This document shows, one piece after another, positions 20,393-29,786 of a DNA stretch of 64,000 nt (position 1 is its first letter; every line of letters begins with the position of its first letter). The position numbers and the translations under genes are program-made. A model generated the notes under the pieces. That model ran no database searches. It was not told where the DNA came from and saw only the letters and a program-made list of their open reading frames with translations. Source of the stretch: Patescibacteria group bacterium (GTDB lineage: Bacteria > Patescibacteriota > Minisyncoccia > Phycocordibacterales > PALSA-1337); assembly GCA_028865615.1 (NCBI GenBank), contig JAGWJT010000001.1, positions 1,601 through 65,600 on the forward strand. Reading direction: 5' to 3'.

Positions 20393-22240
20393 TCACTGAT
20401 GCAAACCTATCTGCAACTCATACAATCGCCTGTACTCGCCGCCTTCGATCCTGAGCAGTTCTTCATGCTTGCCCCGCTCTATGATGTGGCCGTCCTTGAA
20501 AACCAGGATGAGATCGGCGCGGCGGACCGTAGAGAGCCTGTGGGCGATGATAAAAGTGGTCTTGCCCTGCATAAGCTCATTCAAGGAATCTGTGATGGTC
20601 TTCTCCGTAGAGGCGTCTAGGGCCGACGTGGGCTCGTCAAGGATGAGGATCACGGGATCACGGAGTATGGCTCTGGCGATAGACACACGCTGCTTTTGCC
20701 CCACGGACAATTTGATGCCGCGCTCGCCTACCATCTGCTTCCACTTGTCAGGAAACTTCTCTATGAAATTCAGGGCATCGGCTTTGCGCGCCGCTTCATG
20801 CACGGCCGCTTCGTCGGCCATAAAATTGCCGTACTTGACGTTCATCTCTATGGTGTCATTGAAAAGCACCACTTCCTGCGGCACCACGGCTATCCTGGAT
20901 CGCAGATCTATCAAGTCGACTTTGCGTATGTCATGGCCATCTATCTCTACTTTCCCTTTGTCGGCAAAATGGTAGCCGGATATGAGGTCGACGAGCGTTG
21001 ATTTGCCTACGCCGGACTCGCCTACCAGAGCCACTACGTCGCCCGGCCGCGCTTCAAAGGATATGCCTTCGAGAACAGGTTTGCTCCGCTGTCCCGACCG
21101 GCCGGCCGGTAGGCCGGGCGCGTCTTCATCGTATCTGAAATCCACCCCTTCGAACCTCACGCCTCCTTTTACGGCAAATCTCTCCGCCCCGGCCGGGTGG
21201 TACGCTTCCGGCGGCAACCGCAGCATCTTCTCTGTCTCGTCCAGATTGACTATGCCGTTCTGGATGGTCTGCCACTGCCTGGCTATGGTCACGAACGGCC
21301 CGAATATCATGGCGGCGTAGGCGTTGAAAGCTATGAGCTCGCCTATGGTCATATCGCCGGCATGGATGTACAACGCGGACAATATGAATATGAGGACTTG
21401 AGTGACCAAGATAGTCAGGCGCTGATACAGAGACAGATCGCCCCAGACCTGGGTCATGCGCATCCATAGGGGCAATGCCTTCTTGGAATTGGAATTCAAT
21501 TTGTTGCGCTCGTACTCCTCGGCCGTGGCCTGCTTGACTGCCAGAGCGTTGCCGACGACCTCGTAGTTGTCGCCCCAGACGGACTTGAAAAGGATGTCAT
21601 AGTATTCCTTCTGGTAGCCGGCCAGAGGTCCTATCTTTCTGACCAGGACAAAGACGTATATGAGCAGGCCGGCGATCAGTATGAGGGCCAGCAACGGCTT
21701 CATATAGAAAGCGATGCCGAAAGCGATGACTATAGACAGTATCTGTGGCGCCAAGTCTATGACGATGTTCCCTGCGATGGTCTCCAATGATCCCGCGGCG
21801 GTGTTGATCTTGCCGGCCACTTCGCCTATCTTGTTCTTCTTGTGGAATGACATGGGCAAGAGCAGCAGGAAGCCGAAGCCGTTGGCAAGATAATCCAGCC
21901 AAACGGTGTTGGAGAAGTACTGGCTCATGATGTTGATGCGCCAGTCCAAGAAGTAAGTGACGAGCTGTATGACGGTCCATAGGACAAGCACGGCGATGTA
22001 TAGAGCCACGGCATAGCCCATAAATGAGACCGTGGCGGGGCTGACCAGGGCGTCAAAGAATTTTCCGGCTATATACGGTATGGTGCCGTTGCCCAGGGCG
22101 GACAGTATGCCCATGACGGACAGGATGACAATCTGGCGCCTGTATCGGCCCATGTACGAGAAAAGGACCTTGGAACCCGTGACCAGGCCTTCCTTGGTGA
22201 TCTTGCTGTCTTTAGGCTTTTGCTCGTCTTCCGGTTGCAT
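20393..22240 (-). CDS. ABC exporter, fused permease/ATP-binding protein
   Basis: 6 TMs + GESGVGKS, LSVGQKQR, LILDEPT, IAHRLST. Confidence 0.93.
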   Translation of the reverse strand: MQPEDEQKPKDSKITKEGLVTGSKVLFSYMGRYRRQIVILSVMGILSALGNGTIPYIAGKFFDALVSPATVSFMGYAVALYIAVLVLWTVIQLVTYFLDWRINIMSQYFSNTVWLDYLANGFGFLLLLPMSFHKKNKIGEVAGKINTAAGSLETIAGNIVIDLAPQILSIVIAFGIAFYMKPLLALILIAGLLIYVFVLVRKIGPLAGYQKEYYDILFKSVWGDNYEVVGNALAVKQATAEEYERNKLNSNSKKALPLWMRMTQVWGDLSLYQRLTILVTQVLIFILSALYIHAGDMTIGELIAFNAYAAMIFGPFVTIARQWQTIQNGIVNLDETEKMLRLPPEAYHPAGAERFAVKGGVRFEGVDFRYDEDAPGLPAGRSGQRSKPVLEGISFEARPGDVVALVGESGVGKSTLVDLISGYHFADKGKVEIDGHDIRKVDLIDLRSRIAVVPQEVVLFNDTIEMNVKYGNFMADEAAVHEAARKADALNFIEKFPDKWKQMVGERGIKLSVGQKQRVSIARAILRDPVILILDEPTSALDASTEKTITDSLNELMQGKTTFIIAHRLSTVRRADLILVFKDGHIIERGKHEELLRIEGGEYRRLYELQIGLHQ

Positions 22241-22434
22241 GAATATTGAAAATCATTTTAGCACACATACCGCCAAGCTACTCTTTACAAACACGGTCAA
22301 TTATGGTACCATCTATATCAGATTGATGCTTGTTCGTTGACAAGCTTTGGAGGCCCCGCCTCCGTCGATCTCAACCAAAACCTGCCGATTTTGCTCCCAA
22401 CGGGAGCAACCATCGGCGCAAAAAGGATCAAGCG

Positions 22435-23526
22435 ATGAAAAATCGTATGTTCAGCCTGATCGTGGCTTTCGCGATCGTCCAAGAATCGTCTGTCATCGCC
22501 GCCCTCAAAGCGCCGATGACAGTCGCTCAAGAAGCGGCCATGTTGGCGGCCATCACGCCGACCAACGCCGCGGTAGCCGCTAAAATTGTAACCAAACATG
22601 GATTTACTTTGGCTTCTGCCTCGCTGGATACTACCGGCTCGTCTGGCCAACAAAGCCAGCCGCTAAGTATCATCCCCCCGTCGTCACTGCCGGACTCGTT
22701 GCCGATCGGAAATCTCGATAAGATGCTCGACTACATGGTGAGCAATGCCGCGTATCCTGATTTTAGGTTGAGCTTCTCCACAACTACAAATAGTTACCAA
22801 TACTATGAACGGACCTATGGCGGCGTCCTAAAATTCGACTCATACGCATCTTTCGAACAATGTATGATGACGAACTGTTGGTATGTATACACAAACTTCA
22901 TTGCTTCCAGAACAGATGTTACGTCACCTATCGGATTAACGGTGATCGTTAACTACGACCCGGTTATATTAAACAGTGGCTTAATAATATTAACCAATAA
23001 TGTCGGCTATGTCGGAAGCATTACTTCCAATAGTTTCCTCGGCATTACCAATGCGTTTAACCGGTTGCGTCCACCTGTTATAGTCAGCGGACTGTCTCAG
23101 TTCAAAGTAACGGTTGACGTCAATCCTCCGTATTCCTATACGTGGACGGCGTCCGGACAAAATTCACCGAAAGTCATCGGCGGATATCCGATAGAATGGA
23201 CGACAAATGGAGTGGTGATATTGAACCAATGGTATGGCATGGGTCAATACAGAGCACGGTTCACCATAACGGCCAACGGTCAGACCAGGACATATACCCA
23301 ATCAGGCTCTCCGTTGCAGGGCGCAGAGTTGTCCATGACGAGCCGTTCAAACCTCTTGGTATCAATGACAAGCGGTTCAGACACTTACATTGAAGCATCA
23401 ACCAATCTAACTGACTGGACTACCGTGACGAATTTCCCATGGCAGTTCACCGGCATGACGAATTGCACTTCCATAATCATTGATCCTGACCTGCCAGAAC
23501 AATTCTTCAGGGCCAGGTCGGAATAA
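22435..23526 (+). CDS. Secreted protein with C-terminal STNL..W..FFRA domain
   Basis: Signal-like MKNRMFSLIVAFA; ends TYIEASTNLTDW..D..QFFRARSE. Confidence 0.8.
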   Translation: MKNRMFSLIVAFAIVQESSVIAALKAPMTVAQEAAMLAAITPTNAAVAAKIVTKHGFTLASASLDTTGSSGQQSQPLSIIPPSSLPDSLPIGNLDKMLDYMVSNAAYPDFRLSFSTTTNSYQYYERTYGGVLKFDSYASFEQCMMTNCWYVYTNFIASRTDVTSPIGLTVIVNYDPVILNSGLIILTNNVGYVGSITSNSFLGITNAFNRLRPPVIVSGLSQFKVTVDVNPPYSYTWTASGQNSPKVIGGYPIEWTTNGVVILNQWYGMGQYRARFTITANGQTRTYTQSGSPLQGAELSMTSRSNLLVSMTSGSDTYIEASTNLTDWTTVTNFPWQFTGMTNCTSIIIDPDLPEQFFRARSE

Positions 23527-23539
23527 ACTCGGAACGAAC

Positions 23540-23576
23540 AAAGTCCCCGGAGCTTAGAGCTGCCGGGGCATTTTTA
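23540..23576. terminator. Intrinsic terminator between convergent genes
   Basis: ccccgg..ccgggg stem with A/T tails. Confidence 0.6.
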
Positions 23577-24926
23577 TCACTTTTCTGATTCGGATGAGGA
23601 ATTCAGATTCAGGATAACCGGGTTACCATCATTGCTATACGTATCATTTCCACCACCTGGAACTCCGGTATACTGACAGTATATTGAGAATGTATAAGTG
23701 CCAGCTTTTGCTCCAGTTGTATCAAAAGGAGCAGAACCGCTGGGACCAGCACCCCATCCACTTGACCAACCAGAATTAGTCTGCGCATAACAGGTATAAT
23801 CACTCAAACCTGACAACGAGTTAGCCCACGCCAACTCGAATTTCTGACCAACAGACAAATTTAGAGATGTCCTTGTAGCGTTGCCGGGAACTCCTATGTT
23901 TAGTGATACTGGATAAGTATTGTTAACTTGTGTTCCGCTTACAATTACGGTGCCGCATTGGTTGGCGGTACTCCCCATGATATATTTGCCCGTCGAATCA
24001 TATACAGCGACTCCGGGCGAATACGAATTGTCGGTCTTGTTAGTATTTGATGGATAATTGAATGTATAATTCACCGTATTATCTCCTTGAGACAGAGCCG
24101 TGTATGAAGAATAATTACCCGTTCCATCCAAGAATCTATACTTATACCCCGATGAAGCAGGGACATTCGTCACCGTAGCAGTGACCTTGACTCCACCTCC
24201 ATTTGATGACAACGACAGAGGGCTAGCTGAACAAGAACTTATAGACACCGTGCTCCCGCAATTGCCGCCAGGACAGTTGTTGATGATTATGCCTTGGCCG
24301 TTGCTGCCTGGGATGTCGAACTGGAGCCAGCCGACGACAGGGCCGCCCCAGGCATAGCCGCTGAAAGCACCGGTTGAAGGATTCATGTAAACTCCGCCGC
24401 CCGGTGCCGACGAAGGACTCGGGCTGGGACTGGAGCTAGAGCTCGGACTGCCGGAAGAAGAAGGTGATGGGCTTGAGCTCGGACCGGAACTTGATTGGGT
24501 CGCTATGGAAGGGTGATTTGCTCCCGAAAGCTCTATCCATCCGTCCCAGCCGTCAGTGCGTCCTTTACCGGACAAAGCCATAGCCCAGCCGGTGACGGCA
24601 CCTGTAGACAAATTGACGCGAGGACCGCATATGCCGTTGGCGGGGACTACCGGACAACCGGCAACATCGCTATCATTGAAATAGATCCAACCTATATTTG
24701 AAGACCACAAGTATCCGGATATGACGCCGCTACTGTTCACGGTCAATGAATACGGCCCGCCGCCGCCCGCGCCGGATTGGGTGGAGCTGGCGCTGACCCA
24801 GCCTATGGTCGACGACCAGGCCCAGCCGCTAGATTGCCCGCCGGTGATCTGGGCGCTCACTCCTATGATGCCCACGGCCAGAACGGCCAGCGCTAATATG
24901 CTCAAGGTATAGATGTGTTTTTTCAT
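23577..24926 (-). CDS. Secreted G-(W/Y)-AWS-repeat surface protein
   Basis: Signal peptide; GWAWSSTIGW, GYLWSSNIGW, GYAWGGPVVGW repeats; S/P-rich linker. Confidence 0.8.
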   Translation of the reverse strand: MKKHIYTLSILALAVLAVGIIGVSAQITGGQSSGWAWSSTIGWVSASSTQSGAGGGGPYSLTVNSSGVISGYLWSSNIGWIYFNDSDVAGCPVVPANGICGPRVNLSTGAVTGWAMALSGKGRTDGWDGWIELSGANHPSIATQSSSGPSSSPSPSSSGSPSSSSSPSPSPSSAPGGGVYMNPSTGAFSGYAWGGPVVGWLQFDIPGSNGQGIIINNCPGGNCGSTVSISSCSASPLSLSSNGGGVKVTATVTNVPASSGYKYRFLDGTGNYSSYTALSQGDNTVNYTFNYPSNTNKTDNSYSPGVAVYDSTGKYIMGSTANQCGTVIVSGTQVNNTYPVSLNIGVPGNATRTSLNLSVGQKFELAWANSLSGLSDYTCYAQTNSGWSSGWGAGPSGSAPFDTTGAKAGTYTFSIYCQYTGVPGGGNDTYSNDGNPVILNLNSSSESEK

Positions 24927-25154
24927 GCCATAATTTTACCATTAATGCGCGGAACGCACTTGGTGACTGTGGATAACGGCGTCTATCATCCGCGGACCGG
25001 CAATATGACAGTGAAAACCTAGCCTTTCCCGCGGCCGGCGAACTCAGCTTTGACTTTGATGGTTTTGGGGAACATCCATAGCAGATATGTCAGCACATTT
25101 CATCGGTTACGCCTCGCGGCTTCACACCGACACGTCCTGCCGAACCCCGCAAGA

Positions 25155-25182
25155 TTGACAAGCAGAGCCAAAAGCATATAAT
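25155..25182 (+). promoter_or_regulatory. Sigma70 promoter of candidate sRNA
   Basis: TTGACA-16bp-TATAAT. Confidence 0.75.
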
Positions 25183-25188
25183 TGCCAG

Positions 25189-25348
25189 CAATTAGATCAT
25201 TTCCGATGTAGTAAACAGCCCCCAAGTCTACGGCCTTGATCAACCAGCGGTTGCAAAGGCGTTGAGGGGTACGGGGTCCCTCCGGAACAATCTTGCTCCG
25301 CAATGCGGAGATTCTGCAAAAAGCCTTTAAGAGAGGCTTTTTGTTTTT
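25189..25348 (+). ncRNA. Candidate structured sRNA convergent with nuclease gene
   Basis: Promoter upstream, terminator at 25317-25348, multistem fold with complementary CCCC/GGGG loops, no credible ORF. Confidence 0.6.
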
Positions 25349-25686
25349 CTGTTCATGACGCTCAGAAAATATGGCTGTTTATCTTTGATTTGTCCGATTA
25401 TCACGACCACTTTCTTATCACCTATCGTTTTTTCGACAGACCATTCTCTGTACGAACCAGAAAGACGACAACCTATAATAGACGTTTTATCTGTCAAAAT
25501 GCTGGGTACGTGGGGTATAAGGCGTAGTCTTCTCATAATATCTTCGGCTGTATGGCCTCCATTGAAGATATGATTCCAACCCCTATGATCAAATATCACA
25601 GGCTTGTCGTCCAATGCTGCGCAACAAATGTGGCCGAACGAAAAATAGATCTGCCGTATCTTTTTGGCGAATGCGTTGTCGAACAT
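25327..25686 (-). CDS. Small putative RNase toxin (BECR/RelE-like, PBECR-type)
   Basis: 119 aa basic; V.F...GW.HI, RRL.L, KVVVI, FLSVM pattern; family from recall. Confidence 0.6.
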   Translation of the reverse strand: MFDNAFAKKIRQIYFSFGHICCAALDDKPVIFDHRGWNHIFNGGHTAEDIMRRLRLIPHVPSILTDKTSIIGCRLSGSYREWSVEKTIGDKKVVVIIGQIKDKQPYFLSVMNRKTKSLS

Positions 25687-25708
25687 CCACCCACCGTATC
25701 ACAGCGGT

Positions 25709-25774
25709 GTTCAAGAAACGTTCAAAAAAGTCTCAAATCGGAATCAAAAAAGAATCAAATCCGAGTGAAGAAAA
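25709..25774. promoter_or_regulatory. 11-bp-phased direct repeat array (site 3)
   Basis: gttcaagaaac|gttcaaaaaag|tctcaaatcgg|aatcaaaaaag|aatcaaatccg|agtgaagaaaa. Confidence 0.65.
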
Positions 25775-26008
25775 TGAACCCTAGGCAACAGGCTTGTTAT
25801 ATAAGCCGACCACGGCGTCATGGAAAGATAACGTGATCACATCCGGATCGGACTAGGCCGGCACCGATATGAGCTCGCCCATGTTGACCGGTGAACACGC
25901 CGAGCAGTCCGTATATGAAAGATATGACGTTTATCTCCGGCCTGTAGAAAAGATTGAAATACGCCCATGCCAATGGCCAAGTGACGGTTTGCGATATGCG
26001 TAGAGGAT

Positions 26009-28195
26009 TCATGTGATTATCGGCCAGCTCTCCACCATGAGCGGCTTCTTGCCTTTTCCGGCGGCCAGTGCCACCGGCATATCCGACCATATCTCTTCCG
26101 TTATGTAAGGCATGAATGGATGCAAGGCGCGGAGAAGCTTGTCCAAGGTCTCAACCAAGAGACGTTTGCGCGAAGCTATGCCTTCCGCAGATTCATTTTG
26201 AAAGACATGCTTGCTGTTTTCCAATATCTGATCGGCAAACTGATGCCAAGCGTACTGATACAGTTTCTCCGCAACAATGTAGAATTTATATTCGTCCATC
26301 TCTGCCGTAATCTCCTTAAACAGTTTATCTCTAACATCTATCAGAGCGACGTCGTTTGCGGAATATGAGACGCTCATATCAACATCATTTACATTCTCGA
26401 ATATGAACCTGGCTATGTTCCACAGCTTGTTGGCAAATTTTTTGTAGGCTGAGACCTTGCCTTCTGACAATGCCAGCGACGTACCGGGCGTATTGCCTAT
26501 GACCATTCCCATACGAAATGCGTCCGTTCCAAATTTGGCCGTCAGTGTCAACGGATCTATAACATTGCCTTTACTCTTGCTCATCTTTTGGCCTTTAGCA
26601 TCCAGAACCAGACCATGCAGATAGACAGTCTTGAAAGGCATCTTGCCAGTAACATACAATCCCAACATAATCATGCGCGATACCCAGAAAAATATTATTT
26701 CTCCTGCAGTCTCCATGACATCGGTAGGATAATATGTTTTAAAATCCTCACTTCCCGGAAATCCCAGAGAAGCGAAAGGCCACTGTGACGATGAGAACCA
26801 TGTATCGAACGTATCGTTATCTTTGATTAGATCTCCGCCACACTTTGCACACGTTCTTAACTTGTCATCGAGATCGACAAAACCTTCTCCGCATTTCTGA
26901 CATATCTTTGCCGGTATGGGTATGCCCCATACAATCTGCCTAGATATATTCCAGTCGATTATATTCTCAAGCCAATGGGTAGTTATCTTCTTGTAATGTT
27001 CAGGTATATACTCTATCTCCCCGGATTTGATCTTTTCCAAAGCTTTATCAGCCAACGGTTTCATATGGACAAACCATTGGCTCTTTATCTGCGGTTCTAT
27101 TATCGTGCCGCATTTGTAACATGTACGCACCACATGCTTATAATTCATATCTGTTTTTTCCACCAAACCTTTAGCTTTGAGTTTCTCTATGATGAGCGGT
27201 CTAGCTTTCTTGATATTCATTCCGACAAATTCTCCGGCTATCGGTAATAGCTTACCTCGCTCGTCTATTATCTGTTCCTTGTCCAGATGATGGCGCTCGG
27301 CTATTTCGAAATCCACCGGATCGTGCCAAGGCGTTATCGTCATGACGCCAGTACCAAATTCCATGTCTATCGCCTTATCCTTAATGATGGTAGCGGTTAT
27401 CGGACCGTTGATCCATTCCAGGCTTATCTTTTGGCCATCTTCGTACTCGGCATATCTCTTATCGTCTGGATGCATGACTACGTACTTGTCACCAAACTTA
27501 GTCTCTGGTCTGGATGTAGCTATAGTGAATGGGCCATATTTCAAATAATAGAATTCCTCCGTACGTTCTTCATCTTTTATTTCAAGGTCAGAGAAAGAGG
27601 TCTGATGCTTGGGACACCAAGATACGATGCGTTTGCCTCTATAGAGCAGACCGTCTTCAGACAATCTTTTGAATGTGTCATATACCGTTCTTACGATATC
27701 ATTGTCCAAAGTGAATTTTTCTCGAGACCAATCGCATGAAGCGCCGATCTTCTTGATCTGTTCCTTTATGTTCGCCGAATTAGTCAAAGTAAAATCAAGT
27801 ATTTCCTGATATAGCTTCTTTGGCTCTATCTCGAATCTAGTCCTTCCTTCTTTCTCAAGCTTTTTCTCATAAACTACTTGCGTCTCGAAACCGGCATGGT
27901 CTAGACCAGGTAACCACAAGGTACGATATCCTCGCATCCTTTTATAACGAGTCATTATGTCTTCAATGGTCATAACCAAGCCGTGACCGGCATGCAACGA
28001 CCCATTAGCATTAGTAGGCGGCATTATTATAGTAAAAGGTTTGGCCATATCGGTGACAAGGCCATCTTCCAAACATTTATCCGGGTTGAAATAACCGCTG
28101 TCCTGCCACAGCTTGTAAATGCGTCCCTCTACGGCCGCCGGGTCATATGGTTTCAAGAATTTGTCCGGAGCCTTGCTGGGCGGCTTTTCATTCAT
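26009..28195 (-). CDS. valS: Valine--tRNA ligase (compact form)
   Basis: HAGH, PGLDHAG, DWNISRQ.VWG, DTWFSS, KMSKSKGN; lacks the C-terminal coiled-coil arm. Confidence 0.95.
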   Translation of the reverse strand: MNEKPPSKAPDKFLKPYDPAAVEGRIYKLWQDSGYFNPDKCLEDGLVTDMAKPFTIIMPPTNANGSLHAGHGLVMTIEDIMTRYKRMRGYRTLWLPGLDHAGFETQVVYEKKLEKEGRTRFEIEPKKLYQEILDFTLTNSANIKEQIKKIGASCDWSREKFTLDNDIVRTVYDTFKRLSEDGLLYRGKRIVSWCPKHQTSFSDLEIKDEERTEEFYYLKYGPFTIATSRPETKFGDKYVVMHPDDKRYAEYEDGQKISLEWINGPITATIIKDKAIDMEFGTGVMTITPWHDPVDFEIAERHHLDKEQIIDERGKLLPIAGEFVGMNIKKARPLIIEKLKAKGLVEKTDMNYKHVVRTCYKCGTIIEPQIKSQWFVHMKPLADKALEKIKSGEIEYIPEHYKKITTHWLENIIDWNISRQIVWGIPIPAKICQKCGEGFVDLDDKLRTCAKCGGDLIKDNDTFDTWFSSSQWPFASLGFPGSEDFKTYYPTDVMETAGEIIFFWVSRMIMLGLYVTGKMPFKTVYLHGLVLDAKGQKMSKSKGNVIDPLTLTAKFGTDAFRMGMVIGNTPGTSLALSEGKVSAYKKFANKLWNIARFIFENVNDVDMSVSYSANDVALIDVRDKLFKEITAEMDEYKFYIVAEKLYQYAWHQFADQILENSKHVFQNESAEGIASRKRLLVETLDKLLRALHPFMPYITEEIWSDMPVALAAGKGKKPLMVESWPIIT

Positions 28196-28241
28196 GCCAG
28201 AAATACTAGCAAAAATCCCGCCAAAACGGTATCTTTGAGCC

Positions 28242-29786
28242 ATGAATATCCTGGGCATAGAGACATCGTGCGACGAGACGGCTTTGGCGCTCATCGAGAC
28301 GCGCAAGGACGGAAAATCGGGCATGGGGTTGCGCGTACTGGCTTCGCTGGTGCATTCGCAGGCGGAATTGCATAGCGCCTACGGCGGCGTCTACCCTACT
28401 CTGGCAAAGCGCGAGCATGGCAAAAATATAGTGCCGTTGCTTGGCAAGTTGTTGGAGGAACATGGGAACATTGTCCTGAAGAAACTTTCGGAGCCGTCGC
28501 GGGAGCCAAGTCCGCCTGGTACTGGCGACGGCGAGAACGTAACCCGTCCCGAGCCGGCCCATGTTCCGTGGCAGGCCGGCGAGGGACCGGGTGGTTCTGA
28601 AGGGCAATGTTCCCATGTTCCGACAACATTCAAGGATATCTTAGAGCGATTCAAGGACGAAATCGGTCCGCAAAATCCGGAACTGTTCGCATCGTTCTCG
28701 CACGCCGATTTCCTGCAAGGACCGGCACCGGCCATAGACGCCATAGCAGTGACGGAAGGTCCAGGCTTGGAACCGGCCTTGTGGGTCGGCATCAATTTTG
28801 CCAGGATGCTGGCGGCTTTGTGGCAAGTGCCGATCATCCCCGTCGATCACATGGAGGGACATATAGTCGGCTCGCTTCTGCCTTCGGACGCCGTAGCTCC
28901 GGCCGACGGCAACGGCGGTTGGCAGAGATTGCACGATGCGCCCATGCCGGCCATAGCTCTCCTCATAAGCGGCGGCCATACACAGTTGGTGAAAGTGTGC
29001 CGTCATGGGGCAGGCACAGCAGTCTCCTCACGTCCTGCGGAGCTCACTCGCGGAATCGCCGTCGCCTCGTCGCCTCTGCACCTTCGTGCAGAATTGGCTT
29101 CCTCGGCTCCTGGCGATTCTCGCTCGCTCGAGCAGGACCCTCGGACGTTCGGAAACTCTGTGCCTGCCCCATTTTCCTACACCATCCTCGGCGAGACCAA
29201 GGACGATGCCGTGGGAGAAGCTTTCGACAAGACCGCCAGACTTCTCGGCTTGCCGTATCCCGGCGGTCCTCACCTGTCGGAGCTAGCTCGCAAGGCTCGG
29301 GAAGAGAAGATTCCTGCACTAGTCAAACTGCCTAGACCGATGATCAACTCCGGCGATCTGGATCTTTCATTCTCCGGCTTGAAGACCGCGGTGCTCTACG
29401 TCGTGCGTGACGCCGACAAGAACCCTGACGGCTCACTGCCTGACGCGTTCAGGAAAAGCCTGGCCCAAGAATTCGAGACGGCCGTAGCCGACGTATTGGA
29501 CTTCAAATTGCGCGCGGCGATAGACAAGATCGGCGCCAAGTCCATCATATTGGGCGGCGGCGTATCGGCCAACTCTGTCCTGCGTGCCCGATTTGAGGCC
29601 GCCGCTGTAGAATACGGCATACCTGTATTCATGCCGTCAAGGCATATATCCGGAGACAATGCCCTCATGATAGCCGTGGCCGCGGCCATTCATGCCCATG
29701 AATATACCGGAACGCCCCCCACCGCAAGACGGTGGAGGGCGGACGGGACCAAGCGTCTAGGTGACGCTAGGGCTCATGATCAATGA
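28242..29786 (+). CDS. tsaD: tRNA threonylcarbamoyladenosine synthase TsaD with two in-frame insertions
   Basis: ILGIETSCDET, GPGL, HMEGH, SGGHT, DDAVGEAFDK, SFSGLKT, GGVSAN, DNALMI. Confidence 0.95.
   Translation: MNILGIETSCDETALALIETRKDGKSGMGLRVLASLVHSQAELHSAYGGVYPTLAKREHGKNIVPLLGKLLEEHGNIVLKKLSEPSREPSPPGTGDGENVTRPEPAHVPWQAGEGPGGSEGQCSHVPTTFKDILERFKDEIGPQNPELFASFSHADFLQGPAPAIDAIAVTEGPGLEPALWVGINFARMLAALWQVPIIPVDHMEGHIVGSLLPSDAVAPADGNGGWQRLHDAPMPAIALLISGGHTQLVKVCRHGAGTAVSSRPAELTRGIAVASSPLHLRAELASSAPGDSRSLEQDPRTFGNSVPAPFSYTILGETKDDAVGEAFDKTARLLGLPYPGGPHLSELARKAREEKIPALVKLPRPMINSGDLDLSFSGLKTAVLYVVRDADKNPDGSLPDAFRKSLAQEFETAVADVLDFKLRAAIDKIGAKSIILGGGVSANSVLRARFEAAAVEYGIPVFMPSRHISGDNALMIAVAAAIHAHEYTGTPPTARRWRADGTKRLGDARAHDQ
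28457..28621. mobile_element. 165-bp in-frame palindromic element in tsaD (branched-hairpin family)
   Basis: ggaacatgggaacattg/caatgttcccatgttcc ends; homologous to the reverse complement of the dnaE insertion. Confidence 0.8.
29005..29172. mobile_element. 168-bp in-frame palindromic element in tsaD (second type)
   Basis: atggggcaggcacag/ctgtgcctgccccat ends; lies between the SGGHT and DDAVGE motifs. Confidence 0.8.

Noticed and set aside
24968-24976. DnaA box (TGTGGATAA) as oriC; also weak boxes near 3427 and 14455
   Set aside because: The boxes are isolated, with no cluster, unwinding element or dnaA gene nearby.
25100-25320. tmRNA or RNase P RNA (GGGGCTG on the minus strand)
   Set aside because: No matching T-arm/CCA end, tag reading frame or GAGGAAAGUCC motif; the promoter and terminator point to a plus-strand RNA instead.
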